Shown here: positions 10,405-20,453 of the stretch, piece by piece | Numbering within the stretch: the stretch's first letter is position 1 | Layout of the letters: each line of letters begins with the position of its first letter | Assembly (NCBI GenBank): GCA_900316985.1 | Contig: ONFE01000040.1 | Location: forward strand, 1,039 to 65,038 | Length of the DNA: 64,000 bases | Reading direction: 5' to 3' | Source: an uncultured Prevotellaceae bacterium | GTDB taxonomy: Bacteria; Bacteroidota; Bacteroidia; Bacteroidales; Bacteroidaceae | Notes under the pieces: generated by a model | The model's database searches: none | What the model was told of the DNA's origin: nothing | The model's input: only the letters and a program-made list of their open reading frames with translations | Translations under genes and position numbers: made by a program

Positions 10405-10551
10405 TGCAAAGTTACGAAAATTTCGAGAGCAGAACAAAATAAATCTCGTTTATTTTTTATGCCGAGATGGAGTAACTTATCAAAAGGTAGGCTGCATTCG
10501 GGAAAAATCCAAATAAATTTGGTTTTTCCACTCATTTGCACTATCTTTGCA
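10405..10551. repeat. Two oppositely oriented copies of a promoter-linked intergenic palindromic element (10405-10480 and 10484-10551)
   Basis: Each copy starts at a TGCAAAG (reverse of the -7 box) and has an AT-rich palindromic core. Similar copies at 40844, 45214, 45346 and 48630. Confidence 0.6.
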
Positions 10552-10583
10552 ACGAATTTTTAAAAACCTAAAACCTAACAATT

Positions 10584-12108
10584 ATGTACGATAAGGAACG
10601 CGGGCTCTATATCGCCCATTGCGCTAACGGCGCGCTGAGTATCAACGGTAAAATGGCTAATCGCCACGGACTTATTGCCGGTGCTACGGGTACGGGTAAG
10701 ACGGTCACGCTGCAGGTGATGGCCGAATCGTTCTGCCAGGCAGGCGTGCCCTGCTTCATGGCCGACATGAAGGGCGACCTCTCGGGTATCTCGCAGGTGG
10801 GCCGCCTGAGTGGCTTCATCGAGAAGCGTATGCCGGAGTTCGGTATTGAGAATCCTGAGTTCCAGGCTTGCCCCGTAAGGTTCTATGATGTGTTTGGCGA
10901 GCAGGGTCATCCCATGCGTGCTACGATCTCGCAGATGGGTCCGCTGCTGCTTTCGCGCCTGCTGGACCTCAACGAGACGCAGGACGGCGTGCTCAACATC
11001 GTGTTCCGCATTGCCGACGACCGCGGACTACTCATCCTCGACCTGAAAGACCTGCGTTCGATGCTCGACTATGTGTCGCAGCACGCCAAGGAATACACCA
11101 CGAAGTACGGATTCATCTCCACGGCCTCGGTGGGTGCCATCCAGCGTGCGCTCTTGCAGCTGGAGAGCCAGGGAGCCAACAATTTCTTCGGCGAGCCTTC
11201 GTTTGATATCAAGGACCTGATGCAGACCGAGCGCGGCAAGGGCATTATGAGCGTGCTGGCAGCCGATAAGCTGATGATGCAGCCCAAACTCTATTCTACG
11301 TTCCTGCTCTGGTTGCTCTCCGAGCTCTACTCGACGCTGCCCGAAGTGGGCGACTTGGAGTATCCCAAGCTGGTGTTCTTCTTCGACGAGGCTCACATGC
11401 TGTTCGACGGCACCAGCAAGGCTTTGCTCGACAAGATTGAGCAGGTAATCCGTCTGATCCGTTCGAAGGGCGTGGGTATCTATTTCATCACCCAGAGTCC
11501 TACGGATATTCCTGAAGTGATTCTTGGACAGCTTGGTAACCGCGTACAGCATGCCCTGCGTGCCTATACGCCGAAAGATCAGAAAGCCGTGAAGACTGCC
11601 GCCGACACGTTCCGTCCCAATCCCGACTTTAAGACCGATGAGGCTATCATGAATCTTGAAACGGGTGAGGCGTTGGTGAGCTTCCTCGACGAGAAGGGTG
11701 CGCCGAGCATCGTGGAGCGTGCCAAGATATTGTTCCCGCTCTCTCAGATTGGTGCTATCAGCGAAGGTCAGCGTTCAGACATCATCAAGCGGAGCGACAT
11801 CCGCCCAGAAGGCTATCGAGCAGGAAACTGCCCAGAAGGAAGCTGAGAAAGCTGCCGCCGAAGAGGAGAAGGCAAAAGGTAAGGAGAAGCCCGGCATGCT
11901 GTCGAAGGTGATGAAGGCCATTATGACCGCCATCACGGGCACGCTGGCCACTATTTTGGGCACATGGGTTTCAAATAAGGTGACGGGCAAGAAGACCAAG
12001 AGCAGCACTTCGGCCACTGGTCGTGTGGTGAAGAATGCCACATCGGCTGCCACCCGTTCCATCACCAAGGAGCTCACCCGCGACATTCTGGGTAATCTGG
12101 TGAAATAG
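10584..12108 (+). pseudogene. DUF853 / HerA-like ATPase (YjgR family), frameshifted near 11810
   Basis: Walker [15 protein letters not shown] and [12 protein letters not shown] in ORF 10584-11846. The C-terminal part (AQKAIEQ...RDILGNLVK) continues in another frame to 12108. Confidence 0.8.
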
Positions 12109-12167
12109 ACCGGCCGCTCTTGAGACGATGAAGAAAGAAGAAAAGGGTATTAAAGCATTATATAGAA

Positions 12168-14620
12168 ATGAGTATTATTAAGAATGTCTTAGCAGTAGTA
12201 TTATTAGCCGTGGCAATGCCCGGCCATGCACAATTGGTAATCAACGAGATAACGAGATTATGCAGTCGAACATCGAGTGCATGATGGATGATATCCACGA
12301 GTTTCCCGATTCGTGGGTGGAACTCTACAACCCTACGGATGAAGCCATCAGCCTGAAGGATTATCAGATCAGCAACAAAAACAAGGTGAAGAAAGCCTGG
12401 CAGCTGCCCGACAAGACCGTTGCTGCCAAGGGCTATGTGTTAGTGTATTGCGATAAGGAGGGCCTGGAGAATAACCGTCTGCATGCTGACTTCCGTCTGG
12501 AGTCGGCCAAGGGCTGTACGGTATATCTCTTCAAGGACAAGAACGCGGAGCCTGTCGATAGTCTCCCTTACGTTGACAATAAGCCCATGGTAAAGATGCC
12601 TGCTCCCGACGTGGCATTCGGCCGTAAGACCGATGGTGCCGACGAGTGGGGCTACCAACTGACGCCGACGCCAGGCAAAGCCAACACTGGACAGACCTGT
12701 AACGCCAAGCAAATACTGGGTGCTCCCGTATTTAGCGAATCCGGTCGTGTCGTCAATTATGGCCAGAAGTCTATCAGTGTTGAGCTGAGTCTGCCTGAAG
12801 GTGCGCCTAAAGAAGCTTACATCATCTATACCACCGACGGAAGTGAGCCTACTGCCACCGGTAAGAAGTACACGGAGGCTTTCCATATCACTGAGTCGAC
12901 AGCAATTCGCGCCAAGGTATTCTGTGAAGGCTGGCTCTCACCGTTGAGTACGGCTCAGTCGTATATCTTCCACGCAAGGAAAATGACTGTTCCTGTTTTC
13001 TCTATCCAGACTGATGACAGGTATCTGAACGACAAGGAGATCGGCCTCTTCGCTAACAATAATAGCAAGGAAGACAAGAAAACACACGACTGGCGCCGTC
13101 CCGTCAACGTTGAGTTCTTCCCCGTTGAAGGTGAACCAAGTGCTATCAATCAGCCTGGTGAGACACGTATCCAGGGTGGACAGTCGCGAAGCAATGCGCT
13201 GAAGTCGATGGTGTTCTATGCCAACAAACGTTTCGACCCCGACCACAAGCGTTACTCCTATGAGTTCTTCCCCGATCAGAAACCTGACATCACAGAGTTC
13301 AAGTCGTTCTCCCTCCGCGATGGTGGTAACGACTTCACCGACCTCTATTTCCGTGACCTTATCGTGCAGCGCACGATGGCCTCCCATGTGGATCTCGACT
13401 GGCAGGCAGGCCATACGGCCGTGCTCTACATCAATGGCGAATACATGGGCATGCTCAACATTCGCGAGCGTTCGAACGATGACAACATCTACAGCAACTA
13501 CAATGGGCTGGAAGACATCGACATGGTGGAAATTGGCCACGAGACGGAAAATGGGCAGAATCTGTTCATCGAGGAACTCAAGGCCGGCGACGACAAATTC
13601 TACAATGACTTCAAAACCTTCTACAGCGAGAAGGGCCACACACTGGCCGAATATGAGCAATGGATGGACGTCAACGAATACTTGAACGTGATGGTGATGA
13701 ACCTCTTCTACGGCAATATCGACTTCCCCGGCAATAACATCGTCTTTTGGCGTCCCAACGACGATGACAAGGACTCAGGACTGCCCAAGCGCTGGCGCTT
13801 CATCGTGAAGGATACCGACTTCGGACTCGGACTCTACGGTCGTCAGAACAATTACAACACCATCGACCTGCTCTATAACCCTAACAAATATCCCAGCGAC
13901 AACTGGGCCTTCACCGAGCCCGCCACACGCCTCATTAAAAACATGCTCGAAGATCCCGACATACTGAAGCTATTCATCGACAAATGCTGCGTCTATATGG
14001 GCGACTTCATGAACGGCAAGGGCACCGGCGAGATCATCGACCTCATCAAAGCCGAGGCTATGGAGGAATTCGTGGCCCATCGCGACAAGTACAATCCAGG
14101 ATGGGGCTGGTGGCCTACCGACAATCGCGCCGACATCACGAATAAGTTCAACGATGCCAAGAATTGGGCCAACGGCCGTCCTAACAATTTCTACAAGTTC
14201 ATCGGCGACCAGTGGAAACTGGGCTCACCCGTGGCATTGGCCATCAATAAGACCAAGCAGGACGTTACGATCACCGTCAACGGCATCGAACTTTCTGGCA
14301 AGACCTTCGACGGCAAGTTCTTCCCCAACCGCGAACTCGTCATCAAGGGTACAGCTACGGAAGGAAAGACCGTGACGGGATGGAAGCTCAGCGGTGGAAA
14401 GACGGAAGAAGTATCGGGTAGCGAACTGACGCTCGATATGACTTCTAGTGCCCTGACTATTGAACCCATCCTCGGCGATGCTTCCGGTATTCAGACCATT
14501 GAGAGTCCTGCATCGGCTATCGAAGATTCTGCCATCTACGACCTGTTGGGCAACAAGGTGAAGACCCCGCAGAGGGGCCGCATCTATATCCAGAATGGAA
14601 AAAAGATTATCTGGCAATAA
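12168..14620 (+). pseudogene. CotH kinase-family protein 1 (lamin-tail-like N-domain, T9SS-type tail), frameshifted by an 8-bp duplication at 12243-12258
   Basis: Signal peptide MSIIKNVLAVVLLAVAMPGHAQLVINE from 12168. Removing one AACGAGAT copy joins it to ORF 12260-14620 (IRERSND, DFPGNN, KDTDFG). Confidence 0.8.
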
Positions 14621-14627
14621 ATAAAAC

Positions 14628-17072
14628 ATGAAAAAACTCCTGTTTCTCCTGACAGCCGTTTTCGGCGCTGTCTCACCAAGTCATGCACAGTTGATTATCA
14701 ATGAACTGATGCAGTCGAACATTGACTGCGTGATGGATGATATCAACGAGTTTCCCGATTCGTGGGTGGAATTGTATAATGCAGGTACCGCGGCCGTGAA
14801 TCTCAATCAGTACAAACTGGGCGTCAGCGACAAGGCCGGCGAGGCCTGGCAGTTGCCCAACCGTACGGTGCAACCCAAGCAGTACATCCTTATTTATTGT
14901 GATAAAGAGGGTACTGGGCTTCATACCTCGTATCGCATCGACTCCGGTAAGAGCGACGGTATATGGCTGTTTCAGAACGAAGAAATAGCCGATTGTGTTT
15001 TAAAACTCAAGAAACAGCCTGCTCCTAATATCGCCTATGGCCGCGAGAACGACGGTGGTGAGAAATGGGGTTATCAGGCCACGCCCACACCGGGAAAGGC
15101 TAACTGTGGCAAACTCTGTTCCGAGGTGTTGGGTGACCCTGTTTTCAGCAAGGCAGGACAGGTGTTTGCTAATGTCGGGAGTTTCAACCTGACCATCTCT
15201 TTACCGGCAGGTTCCCCTGAAGGCACGGTCATCCGCTACACCACCAACGGTTCTGAACCTACGGCCTCGAGTACCGTCTTTAGCAGTGCCATTAATATCG
15301 GGAGCACCACGGTGGTGCGTGCCAAACTCTTCTGCGATGGCTATCTCTCACCCCGTTCCACCACTCAGAGTTATATATTCTTCCCCTCAAACCGCGCGCT
15401 GACGCTTCCTGTGGTCAGTATCGTCACCGACGACAGGTATCTGAACGATCCCAAGATAGGAATCTATGTGGATGGCACTTACCAGAGCGGTACGGAAAAC
15501 TACAGGTTCGATTGGCGCCGCCCCATTAATTTCGAATATTTCGAAACCAAAGGGAAAGCGAGCGAACTCAACCAGCTTTGCGAAACGCGCATCCAAGGTG
15601 GTGCCACGCGTACAAACCCTTTGAAGTCACTAGCCGTCTACGCCAACAAGCGTTTCGGCGAGAAGAGATTCAGTTACGAATTCTTCCCTGATCAGAAGCC
15701 CGGCCTCACGGAATTCAAGAGTATTGTGCTCCGCAATGCCGGCAACGACTTCGACTATCTCTATATGCGCGACATCATTGCCCAGCGCACGATGGCTTCG
15801 CATGCAGATCTTGACTGGCAAGCCTGGCGTCCAGTCATCATCTATATCAATGGCGTCTATAAAGGTATTGAGAACATCCGAGAACGTAGCAACGAAGATA
15901 ACATCTATACCAACTACGACGGACTGGAAGATGTGGATTTGGTTGAAAACTGGAATGACCTCAAGGAAGGTGACATGGAACACCTGAATGCCTTCAAAGC
16001 CTTCTACAATGAGCACAACCATACCATGGCTGAATATGAGAAATGGGTGGATTGTCAGGAGTTTATCAACCTCATGGCTATGAACGCCTATTATAACAAC
16101 ATCGACTTCCCTGGTAACAACATCGTCCTTTGGCGTCCCCGTACTGCTGAAGGTCGCTGGCGTTTCATTGCCAAGGATGTTGATTACACCATGTGGCTCT
16201 ACGGGCAGGACAACTATAATTATAAATACTTCGATTGGCTTTATTGGAAAGAATACGACGGCAACCATAACTGGGGAGCCAACGACTATGAGGCCACTCG
16301 CCTGTTCCGTCGCCTGATGGAAGACGCCGATTTCAACCGGGAGTTTATTGATCACATGGCCGTCTATATGGGCGATTTCCTCAATTACGAAGGAACGTGG
16401 AAGGTATGGGAACCCATGTACAACCAGATCAAGACCGAATATCCCTATCATCGAAAACTATATAATGAGTGGTGGCCTAACTATAACGATGAGATGAATA
16501 AGGTAAAGGAATGGTTGCAGAAACGCACAGCCTTCATGTACCAGCATCTGGCCGATTACTACAAACTGGAGTCGCCAAGGACGCTCATCGTGAATCCTTC
16601 GCTCAGTGAAGAAGACCTTCAGGCGGTGCAGTTTACCTTCAACGGTATACCCCTTTCCGAAGGAAAGTTCAATGGCGAGTACTACCCTAACCGTTCAGTC
16701 ATCCTCGAAGGAACAACCGTTGGCAACAAGAAAGTAACAGGATGGGAAGTGACGAAAGACGGTGTGGTTACACGTGTGGACGGCTCTCGGTATAGATTCA
16801 CCATGACATCAAGTAACGCTTTGGTCATCAATGCCATTTTGGAAACTGATACGGGCATCGACGAAGTGGCAAAGCCTGCTTGGTCGTGGCAGCATGCCGA
16901 CGGACAGCTTACGCTCAGCGGCCTTTCTGAAGGAACTCCCGTTAGTCTCTATGATGCTGGTGGTATACTCATCAGCCGGCAAACCGCCGACGGTGCACAA
17001 TTGCAGTTCAAGGCTCCCGCCCGTCGCGTCTATATTCTGAAAGTAGGTAATGAATCAATTATAATCAGATAA
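14628..17072 (+). CDS. CotH kinase-family protein 2, secreted, T9SS-type C-terminal domain
   Basis: Paralog of the upstream gene (QLIINELMQSN, DFPGNN, WRFIAKDVD); signal peptide; C-terminus YILKVGNESIIIR. Confidence 0.85.
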   Translation: MKKLLFLLTAVFGAVSPSHAQLIINELMQSNIDCVMDDINEFPDSWVELYNAGTAAVNLNQYKLGVSDKAGEAWQLPNRTVQPKQYILIYCDKEGTGLHTSYRIDSGKSDGIWLFQNEEIADCVLKLKKQPAPNIAYGRENDGGEKWGYQATPTPGKANCGKLCSEVLGDPVFSKAGQVFANVGSFNLTISLPAGSPEGTVIRYTTNGSEPTASSTVFSSAINIGSTTVVRAKLFCDGYLSPRSTTQSYIFFPSNRALTLPVVSIVTDDRYLNDPKIGIYVDGTYQSGTENYRFDWRRPINFEYFETKGKASELNQLCETRIQGGATRTNPLKSLAVYANKRFGEKRFSYEFFPDQKPGLTEFKSIVLRNAGNDFDYLYMRDIIAQRTMASHADLDWQAWRPVIIYINGVYKGIENIRERSNEDNIYTNYDGLEDVDLVENWNDLKEGDMEHLNAFKAFYNEHNHTMAEYEKWVDCQEFINLMAMNAYYNNIDFPGNNIVLWRPRTAEGRWRFIAKDVDYTMWLYGQDNYNYKYFDWLYWKEYDGNHNWGANDYEATRLFRRLMEDADFNREFIDHMAVYMGDFLNYEGTWKVWEPMYNQIKTEYPYHRKLYNEWWPNYNDEMNKVKEWLQKRTAFMYQHLADYYKLESPRTLIVNPSLSEEDLQAVQFTFNGIPLSEGKFNGEYYPNRSVILEGTTVGNKKVTGWEVTKDGVVTRVDGSRYRFTMTSSNALVINAILETDTGIDEVAKPAWSWQHADGQLTLSGLSEGTPVSLYDAGGILISRQTADGAQLQFKAPARRVYILKVGNESIIIR

Positions 17073-17075
17073 CTA

Positions 17076-17732
17076 ATGAACTATTCTAAAAAGATTGTGA
17101 TGATGGTCGCCATGAGTGGCCTTGTCGTAGCCTGTGTACCTAAATTCCCACAAGACAGAGAAGCCATCCTTAGGCAGGCAGAACAACTCAATGATTCCAT
17201 TAATCGCCTGATGATGACGGGTGACAGCGCCAAAATAGTTGACGCCATGTTCCTGCAAGAACAGTTGGTGCAACTCGACACCATCCGTGAGCATCAATTC
17301 CGATATTATATGCAGCGCGTCACCAAACTATACGAACTTGGGCGAGATACAGAGGCCTTTACCCTACAGGAGAAAGCCATGGAATTGTTGCCCGAAGACA
17401 ATTTCGATCGTCTGAACTATTTCGGTATCAAGAACGAGAAACTGGGTCTTCAAGATAAAGCCAACTACTTCTTCACCATGGCCCTCGAGTGCTGCAATGA
17501 AGCCTTTGAACATGGTGGTGACGTTGATGCCCTAATTAATAAAGCTACTATCCTATACTACCAGGGTCGTAAAGACGATGCCCATAAGGTGATAGAAGAA
17601 GCCTATCTGAAACACCAGAACAGCAAGACCTTGAAGTCGTTGGCTACCGACCCTAATCTCTGGAAGGAGATAGAAGCGTCCGTCAACAAGATGAAATCCA
17701 TCAAGATTGAGCAGCCCGATAGTATCCAATAG
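17076..17732 (+). CDS. TPR-like lipoprotein
   Basis: Lipobox LVVAC; helical repeats (ALINKATILYYQGRKDDAHKVIEEA). Confidence 0.6.
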   Translation: MNYSKKIVMMVAMSGLVVACVPKFPQDREAILRQAEQLNDSINRLMMTGDSAKIVDAMFLQEQLVQLDTIREHQFRYYMQRVTKLYELGRDTEAFTLQEKAMELLPEDNFDRLNYFGIKNEKLGLQDKANYFFTMALECCNEAFEHGGDVDALINKATILYYQGRKDDAHKVIEEAYLKHQNSKTLKSLATDPNLWKEIEASVNKMKSIKIEQPDSIQ

Positions 17733-17781
17733 TATAGGATTAATCACTTGTTAATGGGAAAATGGCAAAGTATGGAGCATG

Positions 17782-19332
17782 TTAGTATGTTCCTCTCTCT
17801 GCCCAATCGCCACGGTCGAGTTGGCGGTAGGAGATGGCTTCGGCAAGATGGTTGGAGAGCACTTTTTCGCTGCCCTCAAGGTCTGCAATCGTACGGGCAA
17901 CCTTGAGAATGCGGTTGTAGGCGCGAGCCGAAAGATGGAGCTTCTCCATAGCCGTGCGTAGTAGATTGATGCCGGCTTCGTCGGGTTCTGCGTATAGATG
18001 GATCATCCGTTCAGACATTTGGGCGTTGCAATGCACTTCTTTCACATTCTTGAAACGCTCTTCCTGGATATCACGGGCACGGATGACACGCTCGCGGATG
18101 GCGGCGGATGACTCTCCGGGTGCTGTCTGGGAAATGTGCTTGAAAGGAACTGGCGTGATTTCACATTGGATATCGATACGGTCCATCAAAGGCCCGGAGA
18201 TTTTGTTCATATACCGCTGAATCATACCTGGTGTACAGACGCAGTGGTGTGTGGGATCTCCGTAGTAGCCGCAAGGACAGGGGTTGCTACTGGCCACGAA
18301 CATAAACGAGCAGGGATATTCGATGGTGTATTTGGCACGGCTTATCGTGATATGACGGTCTTCCAAGGGTTGACGCAATACCTCCAGGGTGGATTTGTTA
18401 AATTCAGGAAGTTCGTCAAGGAAGAGCACGCCGTTATGGGCGAGGCTGATTTCCCCCGGTTGTGGATTACTACCGCCGCCTACGAGGGCTACTTGTGAGA
18501 TGGTATGATGCGGACTGCGGAATGGCCTTTGTGATATGAGGCTGCAGTCGCGTCCCAGTTTTCCTGCCACTGAATGAATCTGTGTGGTTTCCAGACTTTC
18601 TGAGAGCGAAAGGGGTGGTAGGATGCTAGGCAAACGCTTGGCCATCATGGACTTACCACTTCCTGGAGGGCCTATCATAATCATATTATGGCCGCCAGCT
18701 GCGGCTACCTCGAGGGCGCGTTTGACGTTTTCCTGTCCACGTACATCCGAGAAATCCAACTCATATCGGCTTTGATGCTCGTAGAATTCCTTTCGGGTGT
18801 CAATGATTGTCGGCTCGAAGTGTTTTGAGCCGTTGAAGAAACTAATGACATCCGTCAGGGTTTCCATTCCGTAAACCTTAATGTTGTTCACGACAGCGGC
18901 TTCACGGATATTCTGTTTGGGAACTATGAGTCCCGTGAATTGCTCTTTCCGGGCTTGGATGGCAATGGGCAGCGCACCGCGGATGGGTTGCAGGCGTCCG
19001 TCAAGTCCCAGTTCACCCACCAGCATGTAATGGGGCAAAAGGTCGGGGATAACCTTTCCGTTGGCAGCAAGAATACTGACGGCCAGCGGGAGGTCGTAGC
19101 CGGAACCTTCTTTGCGGATATCTGCGGGTGATAGTCCTACGGTGATGTCGGCAACGGGAAACTTGTAGCCTATATTGGTCATGGCTGCCGCAATGCGGTC
19201 ACGGCTTTCCTTGACGGCATTGTCGGGAAGGCCAGTAAGACGATAGAGTACGCCTCTTGACATACTCACTTCAACGGTGACTGTAGTTACTTCAAGACCG
19301 TTGACTGCTGCACAGAATGTCTTGACTAACAT
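17782..19332 (-). CDS. comM: YifB/ComM family Mg-chelatase-like AAA+ ATPase
   Basis: KEGSGYDLP, GPPGSGKS, PFRSPHH, GEISLAHNGVLFLDE, NPCPCG. Confidence 0.9.
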   Translation of the reverse strand: MLVKTFCAAVNGLEVTTVTVEVSMSRGVLYRLTGLPDNAVKESRDRIAAAMTNIGYKFPVADITVGLSPADIRKEGSGYDLPLAVSILAANGKVIPDLLPHYMLVGELGLDGRLQPIRGALPIAIQARKEQFTGLIVPKQNIREAAVVNNIKVYGMETLTDVISFFNGSKHFEPTIIDTRKEFYEHQSRYELDFSDVRGQENVKRALEVAAAGGHNMIMIGPPGSGKSMMAKRLPSILPPLSLSESLETTQIHSVAGKLGRDCSLISQRPFRSPHHTISQVALVGGGSNPQPGEISLAHNGVLFLDELPEFNKSTLEVLRQPLEDRHITISRAKYTIEYPCSFMFVASSNPCPCGYYGDPTHHCVCTPGMIQRYMNKISGPLMDRIDIQCEITPVPFKHISQTAPGESSAAIRERVIRARDIQEERFKNVKEVHCNAQMSERMIHLYAEPDEAGINLLRTAMEKLHLSARAYNRILKVARTIADLEGSEKVLSNHLAEAISYRQLDRGDWAERGTY

Positions 19333-19354
19333 GGAGTTAAAGGTTAATGTCTCT

Positions 19355-20398
19355 TTATTTCAGCAGTTTCTCCAATCGTTCCATGAGTTCTCGGGTGTTG
19401 AGTCCGTGCTCAAGGATGCGGCCTTCTTTGCTTACGATGATATTATCGGGGATTTGGGTGAAGCCCAGTTGATTCATCACAGGGGATTCGAACATCTTTT
19501 CATCACAGACGACGGGAGTGGTGACGGTGTCACGCTGCAACGCGCGCTTGCATTCCTGCTTACTGGCATCGGCACAGATGCCGATAAGGTTGAGCTGACT
19601 GCCGTGCTTACGTGCGATGCGGCGCAACTGGCGCTGTTGTTCGAGGCTCTCATAACTCCAACTGGCCCATGTGTAGATGACGGAGAGGGAACCGCCGAGA
19701 TTGGCATTGGTAACAGGGCGCCCATTGATGTCGAAGCCGGAAAAACGGGGAATTTTCTGGTCTTTCCCCGTGGCTTTGTTCTTGGCAAGATCAGTTTCAA
19801 GCCGCGTGAGGGCTGTGCTATTTTTCTGTTTGCTCTTGATGAGCGAGAGCAGTTGTTCGGCCTGTTTGTAGTCGGGCTTGTCGGTGAGGATGAAATATCG
19901 GCGCAGGAGGTAGAGGCTGACGGGTGAGGCGGGGTTTTCCTGAATGAAAGTGGCTGCATGTTTCTGCTCCTCAACGGGGGAGACTTTGGAAACCTGCAAA
20001 CGGAATTTGGTCAGGAGTTCATTGGCCTTCGTGCCTTTTACCTTAAGTTCTTTCAGATGGGAGGCATCGCCGTCCAAGCTGACGGACTGTCCTTCTTCGG
20101 CAAAGATGGGCTGTTCGGAGAAATTAGGGAAGACGAGCATGAGTATTCCGCTGGTGGCACAGGGTATCTCGTGGCTGAAGCGTCCGCCATTGAGCTTGAG
20201 GGTGTCGATACCGGTGATGATTCCGTCGGGACTATATAGGTAGAACTCTCCCTGATTCATCTTCAGAAAGTGGCCTTCCAACTTAAAATAGCCATCTCGG
20301 GAACCGCAGGAGGTAAGAATTAAAACAAAGAAGATCCACCCCCAACCCTCCTTATAAGGAGGCAGAAAAAACTTTAAGCGTGAAAGGATTTTACTCAT
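19355..20398 (-). CDS. DUF4369 / thioredoxin-like (TlpA-type) lipoprotein lacking the CxxC motif
   Basis: Lipobox LTSC; C-terminal thioredoxin-like WASWSYES and IPDNIIVSKEG. The signal peptide contains a palindromic element. Confidence 0.75.
   Translation of the reverse strand: MSKILSRLKFFLPPYKEGWGWIFFVLILTSCGSRDGYFKLEGHFLKMNQGEFYLYSPDGIITGIDTLKLNGGRFSHEIPCATSGILMLVFPNFSEQPIFAEEGQSVSLDGDASHLKELKVKGTKANELLTKFRLQVSKVSPVEEQKHAATFIQENPASPVSLYLLRRYFILTDKPDYKQAEQLLSLIKSKQKNSTALTRLETDLAKNKATGKDQKIPRFSGFDINGRPVTNANLGGSLSVIYTWASWSYESLEQQRQLRRIARKHGSQLNLIGICADASKQECKRALQRDTVTTPVVCDEKMFESPVMNQLGFTQIPDNIIVSKEGRILEHGLNTRELMERLEKLLK
20333..20365. repeat. GC-rich hairpin element, in-frame in a lipoprotein signal peptide
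   Basis: GATCCACCCCCAACCCTCCTTATAAGGAGGCAG, encoding LPPYKEGWGWI on the minus strand. Confidence 0.8.
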
Positions 20399-20414
20399 CA
20401 GTTATCACTTATCA

Positions 20415-20449
20415 CTCCCTCCCTCACAGGGAGGGCTGGGTTGGGTCTT
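20415..20449. repeat. GC-rich hairpin element, intergenic copy
   Basis: CTCCCTCCCTCACAGGGAGGGCTGGGTTGGGTCTT, a few bases after the stop at 20454. Confidence 0.85.
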
Positions 20450-20453
20450 CTTT

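Noticed and set aside
11790-11830. Programmed ribosomal frameshift in the DUF853 gene
   Set aside because: No slippery heptamer at the junction, and conserved residues appear to be missing, which fits a deletion better.
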